Assembly (NCBI GenBank): GCA_010093705.1
Contig: MU006094.1
Coordinates: forward strand, 719,550-783,549
Length of the DNA: 64,000 nt
Direction: 5' to 3'
Origin: Patellaria atrata CBS 101060
Taxonomy: Eukaryota
Positions 35,891-49,300 of this stretch are shown piece after piece; position 1 is the stretch's first letter; each line of letters starts with the position of its first letter. The notes under the pieces were generated by a model. The model had not been told where the DNA came from and did no database searches. It saw nothing but the letters and a program-made list of their open reading frames with translations. The position numbers were made by a program, and so were the translations under genes.

Positions 35891-37940
35891 ATGCTGTCAG
35901 TCGTTCTCATCTCTCTGGCCTCTTTGGCTCTCCCCGCGAGAGGACATCCTGTTACAGATACCTCGCATAGTCTTGCTCGGCGCGTTGTCGATCTCGATGC
36001 CTTCCGTCTGATCTCCACCTCCGAGTACAGTAACTCGACTGAAGTATCTGCCGATCCTAGTTTTTCCCTGTTCAGACGAGCAGACCCTGCCGAGACCGCC
36101 ACAGAGCTTGTGAAGACTACCGTTCCTGGAGCTACCTTTCGTCTTGTTAACGACTTCTGGACTGGTGACAATGGCGTTACCCATCTCAACTTCAAGCAGA
36201 CAGTTCATGATCTCGATATAGACAATGCGGACTTCAACGTAAATGTCAGTTACCAAATTTCCTATCATACGAGTTATACTGACTTTCAATAGATCGATAA
36301 GAACGGTGAAGTTTTCTCATTCGGAAATTCGTTCTATACCGGCCCCATTCCGGAAGACACCTCTCTGCTAAAGCGAGATGCAATTGATCCGGTTGATGCT
36401 CTGCAGGGTGCTGTCGGTGTGCTTCAGCTACCTGTAAAAGCGAACAGCGCATCAGCCGAGCCAACGGATGGTACCGAAACTTATACGATCAGCGGCTCCA
36501 CTGGTGCCGTTAAGGCACCAGAAGCTCGCCTTATGTATTTACAAACTCTGGAGAATACTCTTGTCCTCACCTGGAGAGTGGAGACTGATATTCTGAGCAA
36601 TTGGTTGTTGAGTTATGTGGATGCGAAAGACAGCGGCAAAGTTCATGCTGTTGTGGATTATTCGGCCGACGCCACATATCAAGTTTTGTAGGTTATCTAC
36701 ATTTCATGTATGGCACTATACCGCTAACTGTAATAGCCCTTGGGGGATCAACGACCCGACAGAAGGTGACAGAGTTGTCTTAACAGATCCATGGGACTCA
36801 ACTGCCAGCGAGTTTGGATGGCAAAGTACTGGTAGCGAGACTTACACGGTCACTCGCGGCAACAATGGAATTGCGCAAACCAATCCCAGTGGCGGATCAT
36901 CTTACCTGAATAATTTCAGACCGTCAAGTCCAAACCAAGATTATGAGTATCCGCTCTCGCTGACTTCGGGTGGCCCTGCCAGCTATGCCAATGCATCAGT
37001 CACACAGCTCTTCTACACAGCTAATATGTATCATGATCTCCTCTATGAACTTGGCTTTACGGAGAAAGCTGGTAATTTCGAGATGAACAACAACGGACAA
37101 GGTGGCGCTGGTAACGATATGGTTATCCTCAACTCTCAGGATGGATCTGGTACAAATAATGCTAACTTCGCGGCTCCTCCGGATGGTCAAAACGGTCGCA
37201 TGAGGATGTATATCTGGACAACCGCCACGCCAAACCGTGACTGCGCTTATGAAGCAGGGGTCGTCATTCATGGTAAGTAGCTACATCGCATTATGCATGT
37301 CTACATTTTCTAATTTTGCTCTTCAGAGTATACACACGGCCTCTCCCAGCGTCTCACCGGCGGTCCCGCCAACTCAAACTGCCTCAATTCCCTCGAAGCC
37401 GGCGGCATGGGCGAAGGCTGGGGCGACTTCATGGCCACTGCCATCCGCCTCAAGCCTAGCGACACCCGTACTAAAGACTATCCCATGGGTGCCTGGGTCA
37501 ACAACAACCCCGGTGGCATCCGCCTCTACCCCTACTCCACCTCCCTCACCACAAATCCCCACACCTACACCGACGTCAACAAGATCACCAAGGTCCACCC
37601 CATCGGCACCGTCTGGGCCACCATGCTGTACGAGGTCCTCTGGAACCTAATCGACAAGCACGGCAAGAACGACAACGCGAGGCCGACCTTCAGCAACGGC
37701 GTCCCGACTGACGGTAAGTTTTTGACCATGAAGTTGCTCGTTGATGCGTTGGCGTTGCAGCCGTGTAATCCGAATTTCGTGAGCGCGAGAGATGCATTTT
37801 TGGACGCCGATAAGGCCCTTACAGGGGGTATGAACTCGTGTGAGATCTGGAGGGGGTTCGCGAAGAGAGGGTTGGGGACGGGGGCGAGGTATAGTTCAAC
37901 TAGCAGGACAGCGAGTACGGCTGTTCCGGCTGGGTGTTAA
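35891..37940 (+). CDS. Fungalysin (M36) extracellular metalloprotease
   Basis: Signal peptide, propeptide (FRLVND...NADFNVN), YQV|PWGINDP, HE|YTHG zinc motif split by an intron, [24 protein letters not shown]. Confidence 0.95.
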
Positions 37941-37956
37941 TGATTGAATGGGGTTC

Positions 37957-38021
37957 ATGAGTATATAGTTGATGAGTATATAGTTGATGAGTATATATTT
38001 GATGAGTATATAGTTGATGAG
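37957..38021 (+). repeat. 15-bp tandem repeat (ATGAGTATATAGTTG) x4.3 in the fungalysin 3' region
   Basis: Read directly from the sequence; the third copy has one substitution. Confidence 0.9.
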
Positions 38022-39142
38022 GCGTGTCTGTGGGGTGTTAAGTTGTTTTTTTTCTATGTTAGATATTCATCATCGCATCTGAATGTGAGCGTAGATTTAA
38101 CGAAACGAATCATAATAGTTTTCTGAATGGTCGCTTATTTGTTTTCATATCTACCACATATCTGCCCTGCTCTTGCCAACATAGAAGTAGTAAGGTGTGA
38201 CTGTATCAGGAAAAAGGAAGCGCCACCTCCTCTCGACGACTGTGGTCATACCGTATATCCCCCCCCTTTATCCTGAAAAGCTAGATATAAAGATCAGGGC
38301 TCTTCCCTCACGTCATATTCAATTCCAGTTAGAAAACTTTCAACAAACCCGCGATAGTCAAGTTGGTAGGAGGTCAGGCTCTTATCTGCAACAGAACTTG
38401 TGCACGCGGTCTCTCGAAACGCCCTGTGTTCAATCCTCGGCGGTACCATTTTAATAATGGCGGGAGGGGACTCAGAGGATAGCCGCTGAGAATGATGCGG
38501 AGGGGAGGGCCGTATCGAAGGAAATATTTCCTTTTTGCAATTTTTTATCTTTTATTGTTTCCCTTGTTATTTATTCTCTTCTTTTTTCTTCTTAGTTCTT
38601 TTTCTTTAGCTGCTTGCTACGCGTCCCGGTGGACTTCTCCCGCGCAAGGCTAAAGAGTATGTGTGCTGTGTATCCCTGTTCTATTGGGTTATGTACTTAC
38701 TGTACCTTACTATATCCAGTTGTGTGTATCTCCGGTTGCGGATCTAGTTTCTTTGTGGGAATGAGCGCGTAGGTGGAGTGAGGGGTGCGTGTACAGTGCT
38801 GTGCTGTACTTTACTGTACTGTACTGTACAAGAAGCTCGGGGACGAGAGGGGAGTGAGTGCGGATAGGATGGACATTGGATTGACCTGGTGAATTAAGTA
38901 TAGGTGGGAGTGAGATGTCGGATTGGGGATTGTACTGTACTGTACGGTATCCTGTACTTCGATACGGTGGAGCGAGTTTGGTCTCTACCATGACAAAGTA
39001 CGACGTTTAGAATGTGCCTGTCCCATGTCTCTGAGAGCGGTCATATTACTAAAGGCTCGCGATATGAAAAGAACGAGCATTCGCACATGAATTTCCTCCA
39101 GAGTGTATTTACTCCACCCCCTTCCATCTCCACCTCTCCAAG

Positions 39143-40599
39143 CTACCAATTCTGCGTCAAAAGATCCGTATACGCATTATAAGCAACCCCACTATTCGGT
39201 TCAATGCTATACATATAATCCGCCCACCACGGCCCGGCACTCCACCACACCGCACCCATCCACACATCGCTATTCGCCGTCATATAGTTCAACATGCCCT
39301 TAACCGCATTCTTGCACTGCTGGTTATTCCCGCCCGCGAACTCGCCAATGAGTCCCAGTTTGCCGTTCTGCTTCAGCCACTCGGTGGCCCGCACGATGCG
39401 CTCCTGGCCGATGGTGCCCGAGACGCAGTTGGGCGAGGTCCCGGACCCGTCGGAGTCGAGGTATTGGTGCATCTGGTAGATGAGGAGGTCTTGCGGATCG
39501 GTGAGGGCACCCATCGTGGCGGCGTTGTATTGGTCCCAGGTCCAGGCGCCGGTCCAGGCGTTGCCTTCGGCGGTGATGTATTGCGTTGTGGCGCCGGCAG
39601 CGCGGATGCCGTTGATGGCGGCTTGGTTGAGGTTTACGACGAGTTGTTGGTCCATGTCGTGGTCTATGGAGAGGTTAGATGTGGGGTATAGGGTGGAGTG
39701 GGATGCGAGATGGAAAGGGAGAGGGTGATGGTGGTGGGTGGTGGCTTACATTCGTTGTTTGTGTCGAAGATGACCTTGGAGTTGGACACGAACTGCGCGG
39801 CGACGTTCTGCCACCATGTCTGGAAGCCGTTGACGTCTGTGATGACTTTGTCGTAGAAGCGACCGTAGTTGTGGGGCACGATCATGGCGTAAGCCCCTTT
39901 GTTGGTGATGTAGTTGACCGTCTGGTTAGAATGTTAGGATTTGGTGGGAAATTTGGTTCAGGAGCGGGACCTACGTCTTTAAGGTCTTTTAGATATGCCT
40001 GATCGAGATTCGCGGTGAGTTGGTTCTGAGTCAACCGTTCCATCTGGATGTTGATGCGGAAGGTGTTCATGCCGCGGTTGATATACGTCTTACACAGAGT
40101 CAGCATATTTACTAATTGTAATTTCCGGTCGTAGAAGCTTATATGAGGCAAGAAAGAAGACTGTCATCTTTGTATACGTCTCAGGGGGTTGCGCGTAGAT
40201 GAATGTGATTGAGGGGCCATCTGGTAACCCAGATACATATTTTGGTAGTCACATTGCATCAAAGGTCAGAGAGTTGTTTCCCTGGAACTGGGGCTAAGGG
40301 ATCTGGGAGGATATAACTAATGTGAAGAGAAACCAGACCTACATCAATAGTACTCAAGGTCGGCCAGACATAGTCCTTCCCTTTGATCCCTGGAAGATTC
40401 TTGTTTCCGAACTCAGGACCGGCCTCGTTCACACCGACGAATTGCTACAGTTGAAGTTAGTAATATCATCTCCAGTAATGAAGAAACATTCCGGTATTCT
40501 TTGACCCACCAATTTCGAGGCTCGCTTCTCCTTTAGGGCTGGAGCGCTAGCGACGAGCGAAGCAGTGCTTGCCGCAAGAATGATGGATGTGAGACGCAT
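39143..40599 (-). CDS. GH5 (subfamily 5-like) endo-beta-1,4-glucanase without CBM1
   Basis: Signal peptide, [34 protein letters not shown] acid/base motif, [16 protein letters not shown] nucleophile, WWSAGPWW. Several introns, one of about 250 nt. Confidence 0.93.
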
Positions 40600-41115
40600 G
40601 TGGAACGACTGATCTCTATGGAATTCTCTTGACAAAGGTTCTGAAAAGTTCGACGAGCAGATAGCTTGGGAACCTTTTAAGCTTATGCTAAGTTTAATCA
40701 AGAGTTCGAACAAGACTTAGCAAGGCTTGTGCGGAGGTACCCATCCGTCGGGGTATGGATCTAGCAGCCATATTGCGCTGTGACACTATAGAAGCCATAG
40801 AAGTTCTATATGGAAGAGACGCTTCAGAGCCTGAAGAAGAGTGGTCATAAGGGACCAAGAGGACCAGTGTTGGGCCAGCATTTATGGGGGAAGCGGGGAT
40901 CAACCCCTCACGTAAATGAATTTTAGAGGAGAGAAGAACGGTTAACGGAAAAGCGAAAGATAAATGTCAGATATTTCATATCGGGAATTGTTAAAGTGGC
41001 ATTGGTTGTCCCAAAGAACACTTAAAGCGCATGACCCAGAGAGTAAGAGATAGAAAGACTTAAATTAATATAGACTGGCTGAGAACAACCACTGGGTTCA
41101 TTGATGAAAGATGAA

Positions 41116-41198
41116 TTCTGCTTCAGTTTTGAGCATGTTTTTCTAGAGCAGAGTCCTGCTTTAACTTTGAGCATGTTTTTCTAGAAACGAGTTCTGCT
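41116..41198. repeat. Imperfect tandem duplication of about 39 bp (core TTTGAGCATGTTTTTCTAGA x2)
   Basis: Two adjacent copies are visible upstream of the GH5 gene. Confidence 0.8.
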
Positions 41199-42265
41199 AT
41201 TAGATGGATCGCAAATTCTACTCCTCGACTCTCCTATTATCGCTCGTACATAGAAGTTGTTTGATAAAGTAGAAGCTATAATTCCACAACCGCATCACTA
41301 GAATGATCAAGGAGTACAACGCGGGTTGACACGAAGCTTGGTGGTGGTATTGAAGCCTTATGTCTCGAAGGCTTCCAAATGAGACCTTCCTAGTTTTAGG
41401 AAACAAGAACTTTAATGATTAACAATTGGGGTTAAGATAGATGAGAAGTGTGACATGAAATCCAATGAATTTGAGAAAGGGAAGATAAACTGTACCGTAA
41501 GTTACCTCCGTGCCTACTAACGGGGAGGTTTGTGGGGTGGGACCGTGGGGCACCCGACGGGTTAGGTTGGACCTCGGACCTTCCGAGGGGAGACCTTAGC
41601 CCGCATGTGTTGTGAAGGTATCGTTGCACTGTGCGGAGTACGATATACATACAGCTCAAGGTAGTGGTGGAGGCGTCTTAAGGTAGTACTTCAGAAGTTC
41701 AGTGAAGCTCAAGAACAACTTTTTTAAGTCTCCAGATAGAATAGTTGACTGTTCAACGTACCTGGTCTAGCCTATGTCGAGTATAAATTCCGATAAGAAC
41801 CTTCCCATCAGGTCCCCAGCTCACTAATTTACTTTCAAGTAGAATAGAGAATACCTTTGGCATGGAGCATAGAGGGAATCAGTGCTTGGAATGTAAAGTA
41901 AGAACAGAGGTTGCTTTTCAAGTGTCTATTTGATAATTTTTGCTTGGGAATGTCATCATCCAATACGAGATAAGTCAATTACAATGTGTACGTATCTGCA
42001 CAAATTAAAAGGGCTCGGGCGGGAATAAGTTCGTGCAATAAAAAAGATGTCCTCTTGGGAGATGGCTCGACTCGAAAAAGTATATATACAATATATACAC
42101 CACTGAGCATCTGCTGCAGCCAGCTACCAAAGAAGCAAGAAGAAGTGTCAAGTGACAAAGAAAAAATATGTAAGAAGGTTCTAAGATTCCTAGCCACCTT
42201 TTACAGGAATTCCAAAACACCATAGACTCATCACATTCATGATGTCCTCCAACTCCTCCCAGCGC

Positions 42266-43090
42266 TTAGATAAGATTGCAAGCCCACTGGCCAGACCAGG
42301 GGAAACCACGCTCCTTCTTACCCTGAGCACCCGGGTTGTCGCTGTAAGCGCAACCGATCTTGGAATAGCTATCCGAGTTCAAGATATCGGCGTGACCGGT
42401 TTGGCCAGCGACGTTGAGGCTGAGGATGTCGGAAACAACCTCGCTGCACCAGTTGATACCACCGTCATTGGTTAGAGCAGAGGTTGGGACTTCGCACAAC
42501 CAGCCGGTATAGACAGCCTCGAATGCGTTTCCGCCTATAGCCTTGAGCTCCTGGTTGCTGAAGTTGGGGCCGGGGCAGATGACCTCAGCAGTATTGTGCC
42601 TGGCACCGGGGTGGTGCTTCATCTGGACACCACCTTGGTTGATGTCGGTGGTCTCCTGGGAGATGGACGCAAGCTCATCATCCCACTTGAAAGGAGCCTT
42701 GCCGGCCTTCGCACGCCAGTAGTTAGCAACCTCTAGGATGTTCACACCGTCTACCTGAGGGCCTTGGTTGCCAGAAGAAGCCGGAGGGCTATAGGTCTCT
42801 GGCTCGGGCTCGGGCTCTGGGGTATAGACAGGTTGGGGGGAGGGCTTAGCAGAAGAAGGCTTTGGGTGGTAGACGATAACCGGCTCTGGTTCAGGTGTAG
42901 GGGTAGGAGCAGCGGGTGCTACATATCCATGGGGTACAGTGACGGTGACGACGTGGACAACAGTCTCGTATTCGACAACCTCAACGACCGGACCGCCACG
43001 AGGATGACGGTGGGCAAGCTTGGGCTTGTGGGCGGAGACAAGGCCGAGGAGAGCAAGGGAGATTCCTCCGAGGGTGGAAAGAGAAGGCAT
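42266..43090 (-). CDS. Secreted CAP/SCP/PR-1-like protein with a Pro/Glu-rich N-terminal linker
   Basis: Signal peptide, PEPEP linker, ANYWRAKAGKAPFKWDDELA, GHADIL...YSKIGCAY...WACN. Confidence 0.8.
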   Translation of the reverse strand: MPSLSTLGGISLALLGLVSAHKPKLAHRHPRGGPVVEVVEYETVVHVVTVTVPHGYVAPAAPTPTPEPEPVIVYHPKPSSAKPSPQPVYTPEPEPEPETYSPPASSGNQGPQVDGVNILEVANYWRAKAGKAPFKWDDELASISQETTDINQGGVQMKHHPGARHNTAEVICPGPNFSNQELKAIGGNAFEAVYTGWLCEVPTSALTNDGGINWCSEVVSDILSLNVAGQTGHADILNSDSYSKIGCAYSDNPGAQGKKERGFPWSGQWACNLI

Positions 43091-46000
43091 GATGTCTGTT
43101 TATGATTATGAGCCATTGACTTTCGAGAGGGAGGAAAGTGGCTCACTTGGTTGGGAATTTGGGGTATGGAAATATCAAAAGTGATGGGCAAAAAGCTTCA
43201 GTGAAGAGTCAAAGAGATCGCAAGGGACTGACTGTAAAATCTATGAGTCTAGATCTCAGTCCTGAGTGGAGAAGGATACACTTACCTCGAATAAGCGGCT
43301 CCAATCAAGGATCGTTCTGCAGAAAAGTAAAATGCTATCGTAGTATAATCAGCGTCTAGTTCTCCAGGAACTTAATAAAATGATAGTAAGAATGAGGAAA
43401 ATGACTATTATATGTGATGGAGAAGATCTGCAAGAGTGAATTTTTCCTTTGTGTACACGTTGTGTCTATGATTAAACCGGGACAACAGCCTATTCTTCTC
43501 ATGCGCTTTGTCATGTAGGTGGTCATGTAGGTCAATTGCGACAACAAGAGAACAATATAACAAAGAGTCTTTGAGTGAAAGAAAGAAAGTACAGGCTCCT
43601 GCTATATTGAGGTTCTGAGGCCCGATGATGCATCGGAGCGATGGTGATGGATGTAGTAAAGGGGAGGGTTGCACTTACAGTGTGAGGCGCCTGTCCTACG
43701 TTGCTTCTAAGAATCCGAAGATCTGATGTACGGTATATGAGTATATATACTGTTCGAAGATGCAATGCCAGCACAAGGCGGTTGTAAAAGAGTGTAGTTG
43801 CAGAGCGACAGCTGTAGAAGCAGGAAGAGTGGCTACCGTAGGAGTCTTGTGGGTTTTGTGTATTTGCGACAGGGATGAAAGAGGATGTTTAATGTGATCA
43901 AGGGGGAGATTTAAGGAATCCGGGGCACAACTTGGCTGCCACGAATGGATGGACTGGCCGCGCGCTTGAGCCTTGCCATGACCTGCCATGAACGTCCAAC
44001 CGTTCAAAGAGGAACAAGTAAGCAGACTAACTTTCAGGTACCCGGCCTGTTTCAACGGCCTCGATTGGTTGCTAGTGAGATCTAGGTCGATCATGTTTCT
44101 GACTTGTTCATTTAATTATTGGCACACAAGGATCTTTTTGGTACAAAATAAGGGGTAAATAATTTGCACAAGCACGGATATGAAGTACTGAAGAGGTGAA
44201 CAAAACGGTACGAGTCTCTTTTGAGCTCATCGATTCAGCGACCGTTGGACCAGATAAGATCCGCTCGCACACAGGGGTAAGAAAGTCTCTCTAACTCAGC
44301 GGTTATAAAAACTATCTTCGGACGTCTTGTCATTCTCCCCTGGCTCACGTATTGTAGACATGCATACACCCTGATGCAGAGAAAAGAAAACTTTGAGGGG
44401 TTTGGACTTGGGACTTGGAGACTGGATCGTGTGTGGATGTAGCGGATGGAAAGTTTCATGTTGATGTTCTTCGGCTGCTCAGCGTGGATGAGGGATTGAA
44501 GTTGGCGTTGGTTAGGTTTAGTTTCTAACCTTATCAGGCTTAATCGCGACCTAAACCAGGCGAATCGCTCAGGGGTCCAGATCAGAAAAGAGAAGAAGGG
44601 AAAAGTGATCGCCAGGGGAAAAAGTCTACCTTAGCGGTGGCCCCGTCCTGCCGCCCTTCTCTCTGATAGAAATAAAAGAGCCAGCTGTCAGCACCACACG
44701 AACTGCCATGACCTGTCCAAAAATCTGACAGAACAGACTGCTGGTTTACGGTTAAGGGTCCATCGTGAAACGTACTTGTATGTACCACCTACCTGGACAC
44801 GTGGATACCGCCGAAACGCTGAAACAGATGGCGATATCTGTAAATAAACTGCATGTCCCGGCCGACATGCTGCGAGACACAACATCAATTATCGAGCAGA
44901 AAATGAATCTTGTCATTCCTTGAGATCTTGGAAACATCGTAGTTCTACCAAGAAAGGAAGAGACGAAATTCATGCGCTAGAGATGCTGTTCTGACTTCTG
45001 CATATGGTCATTGGTCCAACCTCCACGGTCGCATCACATCTAATTTCACGATAATGAGCTGAGACCTTTCTGTACCACTGCGTAGTGCGTACAATAAAAC
45101 GAGCAACATCATCCGACAAGTGTTGTGTAGTCTTGTACATCCTTATATACTTTGAAGGAATAATATTTGAAGAAGAACGGAGATTGTTGAGTTTGTAATC
45201 AAGGTCATCTGTTAGCACTGTAGAAGAGCAAAATAGTGCTGGACCCTGCCATGACCGCCCAAATTCCGCTTTGTCCTTCGCTCACCCAAATAGGTAAGGT
45301 AGACCTTGGGTGGCCCGAGATCCCGTGATCCCGTGATCCCGTTCATTTCTCCGAATTCCGGGAGGGTAGGCCTAACGTCAAAAAAAATCTCCTTCGTAAC
45401 GTCTGCTCTTGAACCTCACATGTATCATCTTATCACTTCATCGTCGTTCATTTCAGAAACATCAAAGACTACTTGCCAAAGCAACTAGATCATTATACTT
45501 CATACCTAGCCTTACTAGAAATTGTAGTTCTGAGATGGATTCCCCTCTCTCTTATCTCGGTTTCGATCGTTGCCTTGATGATTTCGTAAAGCAGTATCGT
45601 GAGATTCGTACTTTCGTCATATTTGTGTGGTTTTGATCATATACATATAACATTCGATTCCGAATGTATTGTCAATGGAGAGAAGAGCAATAGGCTTGTA
45701 CAATGAAGAAGTGGCTCGCGTGTGAACATCATTCCTGAAATTTGTGACCTGCGCTCGTGACAACCACATTCCTGTGAAGAAGTCATGAAAACTTCTATAC
45801 AAATAGCCAAAACCGGTTAGAGCGCTCATTCCCATATTTCCCGCGGCGCTCTTACCTGCCAACTTTCGCACAACTGTCTTTCAACTCTCGTAGCTTCACT
45901 TGCAAATATTCTCGGGCCCTTCTCAGCGCTCATTCATTATTTCAATCCTCTTTACAGAGGCAGTCACTACCACTCTTTCATTACAACCACATCTCCCTTT

Positions 46001-46156
46001 TTACACGTTCCTTGTCGTGTCCAGAAATAAACCCTTTTCTATTCTTCCCACTACTCATATTTACTGGTTTCGCAACGGTACAGCAAATTGTTCATAAGCG
46101 ACCGCACCACATTCGCTCTTCGCTCAAGCTTAATATTTGGATAAAGTTATTATGCT

Positions 46157-46286
46157 ACGCGTTGCAAATTTTCCTTGACATCTCGGTGACGGAGCGCGTT
46201 CTCGGGTTGACTCATTCGAGTCGCGTCTGTAGACAAACAACAGTCCGTGACGTACCTTAGCTTGTTTTTCTACAACACGTACGCGT
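46157..46286. promoter_or_regulatory. Cluster of MCB-like boxes upstream of the Gin4/Hsl1-like kinase
   Basis: ACGCGT at 46157 and 46281, plus CGCGT cores near 46195 and 46222. Function is inferred only. Confidence 0.4.
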
Positions 46287-46352
46287 TTCCTCTCAATCTC
46301 GTCAAAACACTTCTGGACGTTCTTGGATATCACCATTTGCACCCGCGCGGAG

Positions 46353-49300
46353 ATGGATCGATATCCAGCTGGCCGACCGCCATCACGTAGGCAGATCTTG
46401 AACGATGGGACATCAAAGGCAAACGCTACTTCTCATCCACAGCGCTCACGTAAATATGATATGACATTCTCATCTTCAAGGCCGTTGCCGCATGACCAGT
46501 TCCTCGTTCCCAACGGCACTCTTGGAATCCGACACGCATCATCATCTCCACAGAAACCAAAGGGGGAGAATTTACGACTTGCCGCGACCACTAATAACGA
46601 AGACGACGAGATGAAGAGAGATTCCGAAGTCTCTCAGGAGTCAACCAATGTTTCGGATTCTGCGAGTAGACGACGGAAGACCCATATCGGGCCATGGCAA
46701 TTAGGAAGAACTATCGGAAAGGGTGGATGTTCAAGAGTAAGAGCGGTTAGGCATCGAGCGACCGGGCAAGTTGGAGCAGCCAAAATCGTTTCCAAAGCAG
46801 TTGCTGAGGACCTGCGTGCTGTGAGTTTGGCCAACTTGATCAAGAGCACGGATGAGGACCACCAAATGTTCGCTGATGGTAAAGTGATGCCTTTCGGCTT
46901 GGAACGAGAGATTGTGATCATGAGGCTCTTGGAACATAAGAACATTGTCAAGTTGTATGATGTATGGGAAAATCGAAATGAACTGTAAGTCTTCTGTCTT
47001 GATAGGTCTACGAGATACTAATACAACACCAGCTATCTTGTAATGGAGTATGTACAAGGTGGTGAATTATTTCACTATATTGAAGAGCAAGGAGGCCTTC
47101 TGGAAGTCGAGGTTGTGTACCTCTTCAGGCAAGTCATCGCGGCCTTACTCTATTGTCATCGTATCCACATCCATCATCGAGACCTGAAACCTGAAAATAT
47201 TCTACTTGATCGTCAAACATTCGAAGTCAAGCTCGTGGATTTTGGCATGGCGGCGCTTCAACCCTCTGGTAAATGGTTGAGTACGCCATGCGGTAGCCCC
47301 CATTATGCGGCCCCTGAAGTCATCCGCAACAGACCTTACGATGGTGCCACAGCGGACATATGGAGTTGCGGTGTCATACTTTACGTGATGCTCACCGGAT
47401 CTCCTCCATTTGTGAATAGCGGTGATGATCGCGATATTAGGAACCTATTTAGACTGATATCAGCAGGACGATACTACATACCTGATGACCTGAGTGCTGA
47501 GGCAAGAGATTTAATTCAACGAATTCTAGTCCCAGAGCCTAAACATCGGATCACTATCGAAGGCATTTGGAGGCATCCGTTCCTCCACAAATATGATAAG
47601 GAGTTTAACTTCACCGAGGACAACTCTTCCGTCGACGTACTTATTGGTCCATATCCACATATTAAGCAATGGGACATTAAGAATAAGAAAGACATAGATC
47701 GTGAGATCTTCCGTAATCTACGCACGCTTTGGCATAGCGAACCAGAGGATGTCTTGATCCAACGACTCCTTAGCAATGAGTAAGTTTTATACCCTCGCAT
47801 TCTGTGGGAAGATTTCCCTAACTTTTGCACAGGGGAAATCACGAGAAGTTTTTCTACAATGCTCTTATCAAATTTCGTGATGAGAGGCTTCAAGATTACT
47901 GGAATACTGGCGACGTCGCATATTCTGCCAGTGACAAACACCATTTCAGACCGCTTAAATCAAGGACTATGGCCAGACTGGCCTCAAGCCGTAGAGCTCA
48001 ATCGACATCCCAGTTCTCCATAATGAATGACGAACATCTTAACTCTCGACATAGCTTTATTGAGTCGCCTCCATCGGAAGCAAGCTATGATCCATACCGC
48101 GCCTCCAAAGATCCTATCATCTCAGGCGATGGTGATGGTTATATGAACGTAACCGTTCACCGAGGAGGTTCTACACAAGGTAACCGGATGCGAAATGGAG
48201 CCGTACTTCCTGGTGTTCGTCAACCGAGTTCTCTCAGAGCGCAATCTCTCCGTATCGAAACCCTGAAGCGAGTCAGTCGCAGGAGCTCAATACTATCCGA
48301 CGATCCATCGGCGAGATCTATAACTTCAAGAAGCAATATACACCGCGTTTTCTCACAGGCGTCATTCGTGAGTTCGGTGTCGCCCCATAGCCCGCCCGGA
48401 AGACTACGTCCTGTTGCTCAGTATAAACGTAATGTCAGCTTCACTCATCTGCGACGAACCTCCACGGCGAGCTCTCTTGTTTACAGTCCTCGAAATACTC
48501 CAGAGAGGCCCGACCAGAGATCATATCGGAACACGGATATTGTTGTCCCGGGAGAATCGTCATGTCCTCCGGCGGATAGAGTACACAGGTCAGCAAATCC
48601 CGCCGAGGAGATACGAAGTGCAAAGTTACGCTCTGACAAACCACGAACTTTTAGTCAATATATTGAAACCGAGACCAGGAAGGTGAGTACAGAACTTGGC
48701 TACATTTGTGACAGCGCATTCATGAATGAGTCGGGGAGCTCTGTCGCGCGTACGTCTCTTACAGATAGACCCGACCCGTACAATATGGAGACTCCTCCAT
48801 CTTCAATCTCGAACCGCGGTTCCAGAACTAGGTCCTCACACGCCGTACGATTCAAGGATCGACCCTTGCCTCCTTTACCTATTGAGCCAAATGAGGAAAC
48901 CCCAAACACCTTCATAAGGCGAGAGCTAGCGGAGACCCGTGAACGACTCGCTGCTAAGTGGGCTGAGCAACAGAGGTCGGAAGAGCAGCGATATAGTACC
49001 ACCAGGCACTTCGATGAAGTTCTTGCACAACTCGATCGCTTGACTAGTCAAGCTAGACAAGACGGGAGGAGGATCTCATCCGCTCCGGTAAAGACCCCAG
49101 ACTATCTCGGCCCATTACCGATGATATTTGAAGAAGGCCGTTTTGCAGATGCAGATGAGCGTAGTAATGGACGCCATGGTGGTAGAGCTGTAACCGATCC
49201 TGTGGGAAGGTTTCACGCTGATGGCACGACTATCCGTATGGTCGAGTATTCATCACCCATCCCGTTAACACCTTTACATCCTAAACCCCTGACTATCAGG

